Counted from the stretch's first letter, positions 6,639-15,005 are shown. The stretch: 32,000 bases of DNA from Candidatus Iainarchaeum sp. (GCA_028710695.1 JAQTTP010000007.1:1-32000), one strand, 5' to 3'. Notes: generated from the letters alone by a model not told the origin. Numbers and translations are program-made.

Positions 6639-7715
6639 CTATTTGTATTCAGTTCCATAGATCTTGAACTCACCAGAAATATCTTTTTCTTGCCATTCTT
6701 TTACCCAATCGTCTATGTTATAAACTTTGTAAGATCCATCTTTTGTACTACAAACAACCTTAGAAAGCCCAGTATTAATTATCATCTTCTTACATATAAA
6801 GCAAGGGAAAGCATCTATTGGCTCAATTATTCCGTGGTATGACTTCTCAGAATAAAGATACATTGTTCCGCCCAAGATCTTCATTCCATTTCTTGCGGCA
6901 TTTATTATTGCATTTTGCTCAGCATGCACAGAAGCGCAAAGTTCATATCTCTGACCAGAAGTTACTTTCATTTTTCTTCTAATACAATAACCTCTTTTGT
7001 AGCAATCTTTAGTTTTTCTCGGAGCCCCGGTATAACCAGAACTAACTATTGTATTATCAACAGTAATCACCGCCCCCATTCTTGCGGACAAGCAGTCCCC
7101 CCTCAGAGCGTGCTCTTTTGCAATATTCAAAAAGAAAGCGTCCCAATTAGGTTTATCTCTATTCCTAATCTGTATTTGTAGCATCAAGTCATCTAGGTTT
7201 TGTTCTAAGTTTTCAATTGTAGAATCATTGTCCAAAACATAGTCTGCCATTTCTTTACATTCAAGCAATTGCTGGGCACTCTCATCTTTGTTCTTTAGTT
7301 CTTTTTTTTCAGATTCTAAAAAAGATTCCAAGCTTGTTGTGTGCTCCATTTCTTTGTTTCTTTTTTTTGCCCTATCGTACCTCACTTCAGGAGATGCAGA
7401 AACAAATATTAAATAAAAGCCAGGCAATTTTCTAAATACATCTATCTCTTTTGGGTTCCTCAAAGATTCTATAACATAGTGCTTCTTATCAAGTATTCTT
7501 CCAACTAATCTTTCTGCAAGAATTCCTGCACCAAAATTTTCTCTTAATTCGTTCCCAACTTTTTGAAGGTTGTCTCTTGTAAGTTCGATTCCTCTTGTTT
7601 TACATTCTTCCCTAATAATATCGGAACAGGAGTGGACTTCAAATCCTTTCTTTCGAAGATATTCTCCTACTGTGTCCTTACCAGACGCAAAAAAACCTGT
7701 AACTCCAAGAATCAT
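6639..7715 (-). CDS. Fusion protein: N-terminal P-loop nucleotide kinase-like domain plus C-terminal dCMP (deoxycytidylate) deaminase
   Basis: 358 aa. The N-terminus MILGVTGFFASGKDTV is a Walker A in a CoaE/NMP-kinase-like context. The C-terminal half has WDAFFLNIAKEHALRGDC, VHAEQNAI (zinc-ligand HAE) and PCFICKKMI (PCxxC). GGTGGT SD lies upstream. Confidence 0.75.
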   Translation of the reverse strand: MILGVTGFFASGKDTVGEYLRKKGFEVHSCSDIIREECKTRGIELTRDNLQKVGNELRENFGAGILAERLVGRILDKKHYVIESLRNPKEIDVFRKLPGFYLIFVSASPEVRYDRAKKRNKEMEHTTSLESFLESEKKELKNKDESAQQLLECKEMADYVLDNDSTIENLEQNLDDLMLQIQIRNRDKPNWDAFFLNIAKEHALRGDCLSARMGAVITVDNTIVSSGYTGAPRKTKDCYKRGYCIRRKMKVTSGQRYELCASVHAEQNAIINAARNGMKILGGTMYLYSEKSYHGIIEPIDAFPCFICKKMIINTGLSKVVCSTKDGSYKVYNIDDWVKEWQEKDISGEFKIYGTEYK

Positions 7716-7781
7716 TTTACCACCAAAAACAAGATATAAAAAAATAAGAATAATAGATTTTATATACTATTGCTGAGTATA

Positions 7782-8972
7782 CTAATTTCTATTATTTCTG
7801 CCGTGTGGTCCATGGTTATGACTAAATTGTCTTCTCGGGGGTCTATTATGACCACCCTTAAAAGATGCACCGCCACTTCTTGCTCTTGATCTTTGGCTTC
7901 TAAACCCGCCTCTATCTCTGCTCGGGTCATAATTAACAGGCACAGATTCTATAAAATTTATAGCATATCCAGTTTTTCCCATTCTTCCAGTTCTTCCAAT
8001 TCTGTGCTTATGGGTATCTCTATCCATCGCAGCATCATAGTTTACAACAAATTCTATGTCTTCTATTTGCAAACCACGGGCAGCAACATCTGTTGCAATC
8101 ATAACTTGTGTTCTTCCGGTTTTAAAGTCTTTAAGAGATAGTTCTCTATTCTTCTGAGTTTTATCCCCATGTATACTTACTGCGCCAATTTCATTTTTTC
8201 CAAGTTTTTCACAAAGAGAATCTGCAAAGTATTTTTTAGAAACAAAAACCAGCACCTTTTTTCCTGCAGCTTGGGTTATTATATCTAATAATGCTTTGTA
8301 CTTGTCCCCTCTTGTAACTTCCACATCTTTTTCAATTATATTTTTCCCAATAATTTCTGCAGGAATAGTTATTTCCTTATATTTTGGAATAAAAGTGTGT
8401 ATCAAACTTGCAACTTTTCCTTCTAAAGTAGCTGAAAACAAGTGCACATTCTTTGGTTCTATCATCCCAAGTATCTGTTTTATATCTGTTATAAAACCCA
8501 TATCAAGGGTTCTATCTGCCTCATCTAATACTACAGTATCAAATTGTCTTGGCTGTATTGCTCTTCTTTTAAAATGATCCAAAAGTCTTCCTGGGGTTGC
8601 TACTAAAATATCAACTCCTTTTCTTAACTGGCTTTGTTCATCAATCATTCCATGGCCACCATAAACATTGTACACTTTTAGTCTACTATGTCTGTTTAAT
8701 AGACTAAGCTCAGTTCTAACCTGCATAACTAGCTCTCTTGTAGGCCCAATGATTAATACCTTTTTTGATTGTCCGTTCAAGATTCTATGTGAAAGCGGTA
8801 TACCAAAAGCAAGTGTTTTTCCACTTCCTGTGTGGCTCCTACAAACAACATTTTCCCCGCCAATTATAGCTGGAATTACTTTGTCCTGAACTTCTGTTGC
8901 ATCCACATACTTTAGATCGTGTATGGATCTCAACAGCATACTATTAAATTGTATATCGTCAAATTTTGTCAT
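7782..8972 (-). CDS. DEAD-box ATP-dependent RNA helicase with an Arg/Gly-rich C-terminal tail
   Basis: 396 aa. Q motif (ATEVQ), motif I SHTGSGKTLAF, Ia PTRELV, Ib TPGRL, II VLDEAD, III SAT, V ATDVAARGL, VI HRIGRTGR. The tail is SRDRGGFRSQRSRARSGG.... Confidence 0.9.
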   Translation of the reverse strand: MTKFDDIQFNSMLLRSIHDLKYVDATEVQDKVIPAIIGGENVVCRSHTGSGKTLAFGIPLSHRILNGQSKKVLIIGPTRELVMQVRTELSLLNRHSRLKVYNVYGGHGMIDEQSQLRKGVDILVATPGRLLDHFKRRAIQPRQFDTVVLDEADRTLDMGFITDIKQILGMIEPKNVHLFSATLEGKVASLIHTFIPKYKEITIPAEIIGKNIIEKDVEVTRGDKYKALLDIITQAAGKKVLVFVSKKYFADSLCEKLGKNEIGAVSIHGDKTQKNRELSLKDFKTGRTQVMIATDVAARGLQIEDIEFVVNYDAAMDRDTHKHRIGRTGRMGKTGYAINFIESVPVNYDPSRDRGGFRSQRSRARSGGASFKGGHNRPPRRQFSHNHGPHGRNNRN

Positions 8973-9297
8973 ATTTATTACTCCCTGAAAAGTAATTTTT
9001 GTAATTCAATACTCAACAGAAAAGTCAAATAAACTAATAAGAATCCACTCTTAAACAGAGTAAATAAAATTTATCAACCGTTCTATAGCCCTATTGGCCT
9101 ATATTTTATCGCAATTGCATTTCATCACAATCACCGATTATAGTTTTTTACCTAATCACATCAATTACTATACTATATAACTTACACAGGTATTAGTTTA
9201 TAAATTAGCAAGATAAAAGCAATAGTGTCTACCTTTTGTAAAATATGCATTACATTTAAAAACAAAACCCCCTCTTTAATTAGTTAGCTTTAATGGA

Positions 9298-9366
9298 ATA
9301 TCCCAAACCTTTTGGTTTGTGGATATGGTCTGTTTTTGGCAGACTGTGCCTTTTTTTTAAAAAGGC
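9298..9366 (+). other. Three back-to-back hairpins immediately upstream of tRNA-Pro
   Basis: (i) 9298-9326: ATATCCCAAACC-TTTT-GGTTTG(T)GGATAT, 12 bp with a 1-nt bulge. (ii) 9328-9344: GTCTG-TTTTTGG-CAGAC. (iii) 9348-9366: GCCTTTTT-TTT-AAAAAGGC. The last ends 2 nt before tRNA position +1. Bases 9334-9354 are identical to the reverse complement of 25635-25655. Confidence 0.6.
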
Positions 9367-9368
9367 TA

Positions 9369-9442
9369 GGGGCCGTGGTGTAGCCCGGTAAGCATCTAAG
9401 CTTTGGGAGCTTAAGACCCCGGTTCAAATCCGGGCGGCCTCA
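9369..9442 (+). tRNA. tRNA-Pro (anticodon UGG), no encoded CCA
   Basis: Hand fold. Acceptor GGGGCCG/CGGCCTC (one G-U pair). D stem GTGT/GCAT. Anticodon stem TAAGC/GCTTA with loop TTTGGGA (G37). T arm CCCGG-TTCAAAT-CCGGG. Discriminator A. A T-rich tract (TTTATTTTT) follows. Confidence 0.9.
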
Positions 9443-9449
9443 TTTATTT

Positions 9450-10079
9450 TTAAAGTTTTAACACTTTTATCGCTCTCTTGTATACTGTTTCCATATCTTC
9501 ATCAGCACTAAGCCTTAGAACTTTCTTTTTAGGATAGTAATTCAATACTGGCTCTGCCTTACTCTTGTACTCATTAAGCCTGCTTTTTATTGCTTCGGGC
9601 TTATCGTCATCTCTCTGGAACAACTTAGCGCCGTCTTTATCACAAATCCACTTCACCTTTGGAGGGATATTTATTTCATGATAGATTTCTCCACATTTAG
9701 GACAAGTCCATCTTTTGCTTAATCTATCAACCAAGGTTTTCTCATTTGCCTCAAAAGAAAGCAAGTAATCAAAATTCAAAAAATCTTTAGAACCTTCTGC
9801 TTGCTCTAGAGATCTAGGATATCCATCTAAAATTACCTTTTTGTGCTTGTAATCTATTTTTTCCAAGTATGCCTTTAGTAGGGGGTTCATCATCTCTTGC
9901 GGAACAAACTTTCCACTAGTTATTAGTTTTTCTACTTCTTTCCCAAGTTTAGACCCGCTTGCAACCTCTGCTCTTAAAATGTCACCAGTACTAACATGAA
10001 CAAATCCGTTTCTTTCAACAAACATTCTTGCATAAGTTCCTTTTCCAACGCCGGAAGGCCCGAAAAATAATAATAACAT
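9450..10079 (-). CDS. adk: Adenylate kinase, long form with zinc-lid (CxxC...CxxD)
   Basis: 209 aa. P-loop GPSGVGKGT. Also ILDGYPRSLEQA. The lid is CPKCGEIYH...CDKDG...RDDD. AAGGGGATGA SD lies upstream. There is a 12-nt gap after ndk. Confidence 0.85.
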   Translation of the reverse strand: MLLLFFGPSGVGKGTYARMFVERNGFVHVSTGDILRAEVASGSKLGKEVEKLITSGKFVPQEMMNPLLKAYLEKIDYKHKKVILDGYPRSLEQAEGSKDFLNFDYLLSFEANEKTLVDRLSKRWTCPKCGEIYHEINIPPKVKWICDKDGAKLFQRDDDKPEAIKSRLNEYKSKAEPVLNYYPKKKVLRLSADEDMETVYKRAIKVLKL

Positions 10080-10091
10080 TTTATCATCCCC

Positions 10092-10661
10092 TTAAATCTT
10101 TCCTTTTCTATAATGTAGAGCAGTATCTGTTCTATCATAATTATGTATTTCTTCTGGTTTAAACCAGATATCTATTTCGTTCTTTGCTTCTTCCGCATTT
10201 CCACTTGCGTGTATTACTGTTAAAATTGGCCTATCAAGAACATTTGCTAAACCATAAGTATCATGAGAATAATCTCCTCTTATTGTCCCTGGCATTGCTT
10301 CCTCAATATTAGTTGGCCCAGTCATTTTCTTTACAACTTTCGCAGCATTGTGCCCCTCAATAACCATCGCCACAACAGGTAATATCATCATATCATTTAC
10401 TAAACCATCAACTATCTCTTTTCCTGCTTTCTTTGGATCATAATCTGCAGGATAACCTTTGTTTTTTATTAAACTTTTCCCTTTTTCTAAGAGCCAAGTG
10501 TCATCCTTATAGTAGTGCTGCTCAAGCTGCTTTCTTGATGCAAAAATCATCTTCATACCGACTATTTTAAGTCCAATTTTCTCAAAACGGGTTATAATTT
10601 CACCCATAATTCCTCGCGCAACTGCGTCTGGTTTTAAAATTACTAATGTTTTTTCCTGCAC
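10092..10661 (-). CDS. ndk: Nucleoside diphosphate kinase (variant with internal insertions)
   Basis: EKTLVILKPDAVARGIMGEIITRFEKIGLKIVGMKM, PGTIRGDY, and the catalytic His in TVIHASGN. The track start (TTG at 10679) is probably too long. The GTG at 10661 is preceded by GAAGGTGA with 5-nt spacing and gives the usual short N-terminus before the EKTL strand. Confidence 0.8.
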   Translation of the reverse strand: MQEKTLVILKPDAVARGIMGEIITRFEKIGLKIVGMKMIFASRKQLEQHYYKDDTWLLEKGKSLIKNKGYPADYDPKKAGKEIVDGLVNDMMILPVVAMVIEGHNAAKVVKKMTGPTNIEEAMPGTIRGDYSHDTYGLANVLDRPILTVIHASGNAEEAKNEIDIWFKPEEIHNYDRTDTALHYRKGKI

Positions 10662-10713
10662 ATAATTCACCTTCTTCAATTTTAAAAAATAGATATATAT
10701 TATAAATTACAAG

Positions 10714-10731
10714 AATATATAAAAAGCATTA
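10714..10731 (+). promoter_or_regulatory. TATA-like promoter motif AATATATAAAAAGCATTA for a leaderless tldD transcript
   Basis: The centre of the TATA-like run lies about 27 nt upstream of the tldD ATG (10747). No SD is present. The motif is shared with valS (1844-1862). Confidence 0.45.
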
Positions 10732-10746
10732 TACTATTACTTTTAT

Positions 10747-12078
10747 ATGGATCTTGATTTTATAACAAAAAAACTCAAAGATTGCGATTACTACAGAATA
10801 AATTACGAAGACACAAATCTAAACTTTATTAATGCTAGAAACTCAGAAGTAAAGCAAATAAAACAAGAAGAATACAAAGGCGTTTCTCTATTTTTAGTAA
10901 ATAAAGGCAAAGCATCTTTTGTAAGCACAAATGATTTATCAAAGAATAATCTTACTAACCTAATAGAAAGAGCAAAAACATTAACAAAAAACGGAGAAAA
11001 GATCGATTACCTTGATTTAATAGATTCAAAAAAGGTAAAAGCAAAAGTAGATATTGGCAAAGAGTCAAAACTAGATTTTGAAACAAAAGTAAAAGAAGTT
11101 TTAAAAAACTCTTCTAAAGAAAACTGTAATGTAAACGACATCATATACAAAGAAACTTTAAAACACAAAAGAATTTTAACAAACACAAAAGACATTTCAC
11201 AAAATCACAATTACTTTGTATTGGCAAGCACAATTACAGTTTCAGAAAAAGACAAAATAAGAGAGGGTTATCAAAGATACGGAAAGCAAACAAACATTGA
11301 TGACCAGATAACAAACCTAAGTTCTTTTGTAGAAAAAACAAAAAAAGAGGCAATTGAATCTTTAAAATACAAATCAATGCTAAAAGGAACTTATGATGTA
11401 ATAACACACCCTGAATTAAGCCACCTATTAGCACATGAAGCAATTGGCCATGCCTGTGAGGCAGACCTTGTTTACATTAAAGAATCAAGTTTAAAGCTTG
11501 GAAAAAAATTAGCTAATTCTGATTTTAATGTTTATGACGACCCTTTTGTAAAAGACGATTGGGGATACCTTGTTTATGATGATGAGGGAAATAAAGCAAA
11601 AAAAAGAACATTAATAAAATCAGGAATTGTAAATGAATTTATCAATGACTTAAAACATTCCAAAAAATTAAATCTAATTCCAAATGGCGGAGCAAGAGCA
11701 GAAAGTTATAACAAGATCCCAATCCCAAGAATGACAAATACTGGTGTGGGACCAGGAAAAATAAAAAAACAAGAACTCCTAGAAGATTTAAAAAAAGGAA
11801 TTATTCTTTGTCAAGGCCATGGCGGCCAAGTTGATCCTGCAAGCGGAACATTCCAATTTGGAGTACGAAAAGCAATACTTATTGACAAAGGCAAAGAAGA
11901 AAACTATGTAAATCTTTCTTTTTCAGGGAACATTACTACTGATTTATTTAACATAAAAGGAATTTCAAAAGAGGTTGAATCTGGTCCAGAATTTATCGGG
12001 GTTTGTGGAAAAAGTGGACAACAAGCCCAAGTAAGTGGGTTTGGCCCATATATTAAATTTTCGGGGGTAAGATTTTGA
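10747..12078 (+). CDS. tldD: TldD-family metallopeptidase
   Basis: 443 aa. HEAIGHACEAD (TldD HExxxH). C-terminal GVCGKSGQQAQVSGFGPYIKFSGVRF, typical of the TldD/PmbA fold. Confidence 0.8.
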   Translation: MDLDFITKKLKDCDYYRINYEDTNLNFINARNSEVKQIKQEEYKGVSLFLVNKGKASFVSTNDLSKNNLTNLIERAKTLTKNGEKIDYLDLIDSKKVKAKVDIGKESKLDFETKVKEVLKNSSKENCNVNDIIYKETLKHKRILTNTKDISQNHNYFVLASTITVSEKDKIREGYQRYGKQTNIDDQITNLSSFVEKTKKEAIESLKYKSMLKGTYDVITHPELSHLLAHEAIGHACEADLVYIKESSLKLGKKLANSDFNVYDDPFVKDDWGYLVYDDEGNKAKKRTLIKSGIVNEFINDLKHSKKLNLIPNGGARAESYNKIPIPRMTNTGVGPGKIKKQELLEDLKKGIILCQGHGGQVDPASGTFQFGVRKAILIDKGKEENYVNLSFSGNITTDLFNIKGISKEVESGPEFIGVCGKSGQQAQVSGFGPYIKFSGVRF

Positions 12079-13322
12079 TGGATTCCATAAACTTAAAAGC
12101 AGATGAAAAAACAAGATTTTACCTTATAAACAATAAAAAAACAACTTTAGAAATTCACAACACAACACAAATAATTCCAAAATATAGTAATAATACTGAA
12201 TTACAGATTGATTTAATAAAGAATGAAAAAAGAGCAAGAGGAAGCATAAAAGAAATTAACGAAAAAACAATATCTTCAAAAATAAAAAGTCTTCAAAAAT
12301 TGACTACTTACAACAACAAGAAATTTTTTGAACAATTTCCAGAAGCAGTAAGACAAGAACAGAATTATAAAACAGAATATACTGAATTTGATTTGACAGA
12401 AATTGAAAGAGAATTTAGAGATCATACAAAAGACCTTTTAAAAGACAAAACAATTAAAAAAGTCATGTCAAAAATTTCACAAAACACAAGTAAAACACAA
12501 TTATTTGCAAAAGAATTAGAGTATGGTTCCACCAACAATTTCTTATCACTCGGCATTTCTGCAATAGTAAACGATAGATCGAGTAGTAGCCATTCTGTTG
12601 ACATTACTACAGAAAAAGATTATGATGTTGCAAAATTATTTGACAAACTAAAAGAAACAATTAAGATGGAAAAAAACCCAGAAAGCACAAAAGAAAAATA
12701 TTCCGAATTTATTATTACTCCCACTGTATTCGAGCAGTTAATAGATTATTTTATTTTACAAAATATTAATTTGGAAGATTTAAAATTAAACAATAATTAT
12801 ATTGCAAAAAACTGGGGAAAACAAATATTTGATGAAAAGTTAACTATAGCAGAAGATCCTTTTATAGATTATTCTCCTTTTTCTGACAAATATGATTTTG
12901 AGTTTTCAAGAACTACAAAAAAAGAGATAATAAAAAATGGAATTGCAAAATCATTCTTTGCTGATTTAGCAGATGCATATAAATATAAAAGCAGGCCTAC
13001 TGGAAACTGGTTCTTTTCAAACAGCGAAACAAACATTACTGTGGAGCCTGGAACAAAAAAACTAGACAAACTTATTTCAGAAACAAAAAAAGGAATTATA
13101 ATTAGAGATATTATTGGGTTACACACTGCCAATAAAACAGAGGGAGAGTTAACTGTTCCGGCAGGCATTGCAAATGAAATTGTCAACGGAGAAATAAAAC
13201 GAAATGTAAAAAACGTTCCATTAGTAATAAAAATATCTGATCTCCTTAACGGTATTGAAATAAGTAAAGAAAGAAATCAAGAAGACAATTTCTTATTACC
13301 TTACATAAAGAAGGTGATATAA
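12078..13322 (+). CDS. PmbA/TldE-family protein (non-catalytic TldD partner)
   Basis: 414 aa from the ATG at 12078, which forms a TGATG overlap with the tldD stop (the track begins at TTG 12075). It lacks HExxxH. The C-terminal region (GIIIRDIIGLHTANKTEGELTVPAGIANEIVNGE) has TldD/PmbA-like architecture. A paralogous pair in tandem is the usual tldD-tldE arrangement. Confidence 0.65.
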   Translation: MDSINLKADEKTRFYLINNKKTTLEIHNTTQIIPKYSNNTELQIDLIKNEKRARGSIKEINEKTISSKIKSLQKLTTYNNKKFFEQFPEAVRQEQNYKTEYTEFDLTEIEREFRDHTKDLLKDKTIKKVMSKISQNTSKTQLFAKELEYGSTNNFLSLGISAIVNDRSSSSHSVDITTEKDYDVAKLFDKLKETIKMEKNPESTKEKYSEFIITPTVFEQLIDYFILQNINLEDLKLNNNYIAKNWGKQIFDEKLTIAEDPFIDYSPFSDKYDFEFSRTTKKEIIKNGIAKSFFADLADAYKYKSRPTGNWFFSNSETNITVEPGTKKLDKLISETKKGIIIRDIIGLHTANKTEGELTVPAGIANEIVNGEIKRNVKNVPLVIKISDLLNGIEISKERNQEDNFLLPYIKKVI

Positions 13323-13363
13323 TTTACCCAACTATTCACCTAATAATAAGTATAATTCCAACA

Positions 13364-13783
13364 ATGCTTCTTTCTTTGATCAACAAAGAAATGGCCATTA
13401 CTTTTTTAATTTCAAATGTAATAATTGATATTGACCACATAATAAATTATTTCTATTATTACAGAGATTTGAACATAATAACAGTTTACAACCATTATAT
13501 GTTCAATAAAAAATCAAAAAAGCATAAAGAACGTCAGCTCTACATATTTCACACCTTAGAGGCAGTAGCAATCTTTTCATTAATTGGGTTTTACATTAAT
13601 ACAAATATTGGATACGGAATTTTAGCTGGTCTTTTGTTCCACATTTTGTGTGATGCAACAGAAGTAACTTATGAAAAAATCAAACAAGAAACAGTTCGCT
13701 ACAAGCCTCTTTCAATCATCTACTACCTAGCAAAGTACTATCCAAGAAAGATAATTGAGAAAATTAAGGAACTAGGTGAATAA
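13364..13783 (+). CDS. Small integral membrane protein, function unknown
   Basis: 139 aa with hydrophobic segments and His/Asp motifs (IDIDHII, FHTLEA, FHILCD). These faintly resemble membrane-bound metal-dependent hydrolases (DUF457/YdjM). Its stop abuts the next ATG (TAAATG). Confidence 0.5.
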   Translation: MLLSLINKEMAITFLISNVIIDIDHIINYFYYYRDLNIITVYNHYMFNKKSKKHKERQLYIFHTLEAVAIFSLIGFYINTNIGYGILAGLLFHILCDATEVTYEKIKQETVRYKPLSIIYYLAKYYPRKIIEKIKELGE

Positions 13784-14692
13784 ATGGATAAAGAAACACA
13801 AATAGTGGGAGTAGAACACTTACATTATAATTTGCCACCTGCAATAAAATTATTAGAAGAATCAAATGCACAAACAATAGGTTTAGAAATACCCCCAAAA
13901 TTTCTACAGGTATTTGAAGAAATATACAAAACAAGCAAAAACAAAACTGAAAAAATAAGGGGACTAGCAGAACTACATTTATCAGAAATTGATAGCATCA
14001 AAGAATATATGAATAGAGCAAAAAGACAATTTAGAATACCTGAACAATTTATTCAGATGTTGATACGAGTTCTGGATCAACATAAAATCCAAGAAAGAAA
14101 TGCAATAGATAGACTAGATGAAAGGCTTGAAAGCCATTTAGAATATTTTATCACGTCAAGACCAGAAATATCTACTAGCTTATTTTTTTACTCCCTTTTT
14201 GAAAAGGCAAAAAAAGCAGGAAAAACAGTGGTGCCTTTAGAAAGCAATAATTTAGATATAATGTCAAAGGCATATTTAGGAGTATTAGATGCAAAAGGAT
14301 ACGGCGTCACGGAAGATTTGGGGCCTTTAGAAAGATTAGAAATTTTTTTAAAAAAAGCACAAGGCCCAATGCGAGAATCTCATATGGCATACCAAATCGC
14401 AAAACACGGTGTAGATTTAACATTTGTTGGACAAGGCCATGTTGGCGTCTATGGAGTTCAAAGAATATTATCTAAACGTGGATATAAGGTAAAAGTACAA
14501 AAACTTATGAAATTTTACCCAATGACAGAATTAGACACAAAATATATGCCTGTACGAAAAGACTACGCAGAAAAGATGAAAAGAACTCACGATGCTTGGT
14601 GGAATAGACTGGAACAGCAAAGAGAAAGACAAAGACAAGGATTACCTGCAAGGGAAAAAAGATTTACAAAAACAAGACAAAAATTACTCTAA
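13784..14692 (+). CDS. Putative TraB/GumN/Tiki-superfamily protein (possible metalloprotease)
   Basis: 302 aa. The ordered motifs resemble TraB-family hallmarks recalled from memory: IVGVEHLH...IKLLEESNAQTIGLEIP (GTAHVS...VAVEL-like), KKAGKTVVPLESNNLDI, RESHMAYQI (RDxxMA-like), LTFVGQGHVGVYGV (VVGAGHxxG-like). The C-terminal tail is basic. Confidence 0.45.
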   Translation: MDKETQIVGVEHLHYNLPPAIKLLEESNAQTIGLEIPPKFLQVFEEIYKTSKNKTEKIRGLAELHLSEIDSIKEYMNRAKRQFRIPEQFIQMLIRVLDQHKIQERNAIDRLDERLESHLEYFITSRPEISTSLFFYSLFEKAKKAGKTVVPLESNNLDIMSKAYLGVLDAKGYGVTEDLGPLERLEIFLKKAQGPMRESHMAYQIAKHGVDLTFVGQGHVGVYGVQRILSKRGYKVKVQKLMKFYPMTELDTKYMPVRKDYAEKMKRTHDAWWNRLEQQRERQRQGLPAREKRFTKTRQKLL

Positions 14693-14795
14693 AACCCTAA
14701 AAAACCTGAAAAAACCGATTTTTGTAGACAAGCATAAGAATTTAAGACATATCTACCCTAAATATAGTATATTTTATATGTCAGGGGGCATAAAA

Positions 14796-15005
14796 ATGGT
14801 AGTTACATGTCATATTTGCAACAAGCCTGCGAGGTTTCAAACACCAACAGGAAGATGGGTTTGTATAGATTGTTATAGGACTCAATTCAACAGCATAAAA
14901 GACGATCAAAGACCAAAACCACAACCAAAGAAAGTAGCTGAGCCTAAACCGGAGCCAAAACAAGAAGAGCCATCAGAAACAACTGAAACTTCTGAAGAAA
15001 TATAA
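14796..15005 (+). CDS. Small zinc-ribbon protein with a Pro/Lys/Glu-rich tail
   Basis: 69 aa from the ATG at 14796, preceded by AGGGGG with 6-nt spacing. It has CHIC...18 aa...CIDC (CxxC-CxxC). The longer track ORF (from 14592) overlaps the upstream gene and is probably an artefact. A TATA-like AAATATAGTATATTTTATA lies upstream. Confidence 0.5.
   Translation: MVVTCHICNKPARFQTPTGRWVCIDCYRTQFNSIKDDQRPKPQPKKVAEPKPEPKQEEPSETTETSEEI

Noticed and set aside
9343-9369. Nanoarchaeum-style leaderless tRNA transcription from a TATA box fixed at about -26
   Set aside because: No TATA-like box sits at -26 of any of the three tRNAs. The T8A5 run upstream of tRNA-Pro is centred at about -13, which would put the TSS inside the tRNA.
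14592-14795. N-terminal 68 codons of the 137-aa track ORF
   Set aside because: They overlap the 3' 100 nt of the upstream gene in another frame and are Lys/Asp low-complexity. A TATA-like box and an AGGGGG SD sit just before the internal ATG at 14796, which begins the zinc-ribbon domain.
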